Positions 42,248-42,385 of a DNA stretch of 42,385 nt are shown one piece after another. This DNA is from Alphaproteobacteria bacterium. Lineage in GTDB: Bacteria; Pseudomonadota; Alphaproteobacteria; UBA8366. How positions within the stretch are numbered: the first letter of the stretch is position 1; every line of letters starts with the position of its first letter. The stretch lies in the NCBI GenBank assembly GCA_030743445.1, contig JASLSL010000203.1, forward strand, positions 1 to 42,385. Reading direction: 5' to 3'. A program made the translations under genes and the position numbers. The notes beneath the pieces are model-generated. The model saw only the letters and a list, made by a program, of their open reading frames with translations, had not been told where the DNA came from and did no database searches.

Positions 42248-42385
42248 TCACTCGCCGCGGAGCACCCGTCCCGCAACCGCGTCGAGCTTCGCCAGCAGCG
42301 CCGGATCGCGCTTCTCGGGCGCGGTGATCAGCGCCGCGTCGAGCGCCGTGTGGCAGCCCGCCCCGCAGCTCGCCCGGCGCCCCGC
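42248..42385 (-). CDS. 3' end of an unidentified minus-strand CDS (C-x3-C containing), truncated by window edge
   Basis: Minus-strand frame is open from the window end to TGA (42248-42250). Translation is ..GRRASCGAGCHTALDAALITAPEKRDPALLAKLDAVAGRVLRGE*. GC3-rich codon usage fits coding sequence. Possibly a thioredoxin-like 2Fe-2S or metal-binding protein, but there is too little sequence to call it. Confidence 0.35.
   Translation of the reverse strand, partial: AGRRASCGAGCHTALDAALITAPEKRDPALLAKLDAVAGRVLRGE

Overview
High-GC (about 65-70% judged by eye and hand counts on sample lines) alphaproteobacterial-type chromosomal segment. It is densely coding, mostly housekeeping, and I found no transposase, phage, CRISPR, tRNA or rRNA genes. 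Gene order is: SDR (partial), uvrC, pgsA, mobB-moeA-moaD-moaE, DUF4169, Fe-ADH-like reductase, a 1354-aa TPR/GT41 protein, usp, an EamA-DehI-like-SulP-M20 block, a minus-strand signalling operon (PAS kinase, CheY-like RR, RR-GGDEF-EAL), ridA, a GrdB-like gene, a metallophosphoesterase, ilvE, marR-ompR-envZ-like, csaA, a TetR-like gene, proC, ybjN, ubiK-like, hldD, lgt, a DUF185 methyltransferase, pgeF, a lipoprotein, prs-rplY-pth-ychF, a dienelactone hydrolase and a rhodanese. Many long ORFs in the six-frame track are antisense shadows or 5' run-ons typical of high-GC DNA, so I trimmed or rejected them. Main hunt results: (1) two adjacent minus-strand ORFs (22970-23746 and 23765-24286) are in the same frame and separated only by a TGA. 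The TGA sits where, from memory, the selenocysteine of GrdB/PrdB-family reductases lies, and a SECIS-like hairpin follows 11 nt downstream. This is a candidate orphan selenoprotein with no grdA/C/D/E partners, co-directional with ilvE and a metallophosphoesterase and convergent with ridA. (2) The 1354-aa protein is an end-to-end fusion of two complete TPR + GT41 (SPINDLY/OGT-like) units. (3) The cytoplasmic kinase carries two FixL-like heme-PAS modules and is translationally coupled to a CheY-like RR and an RR-GGDEF-EAL protein, all within a lower-GC block. (4) A family of about 120-220 bp palindromic MITE-like elements with CGTCAT(C/T)CC termini occupies three intergenic sites, and a second palindromic repeat type occupies a fourth. 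(5) A sharply AT-rich 400-bp intergenic region upstream of uvrC contains a perfect DnaA-box consensus inside a 7-N7-7 palindrome. All functional calls come from motif recognition by eye; no database search was run.
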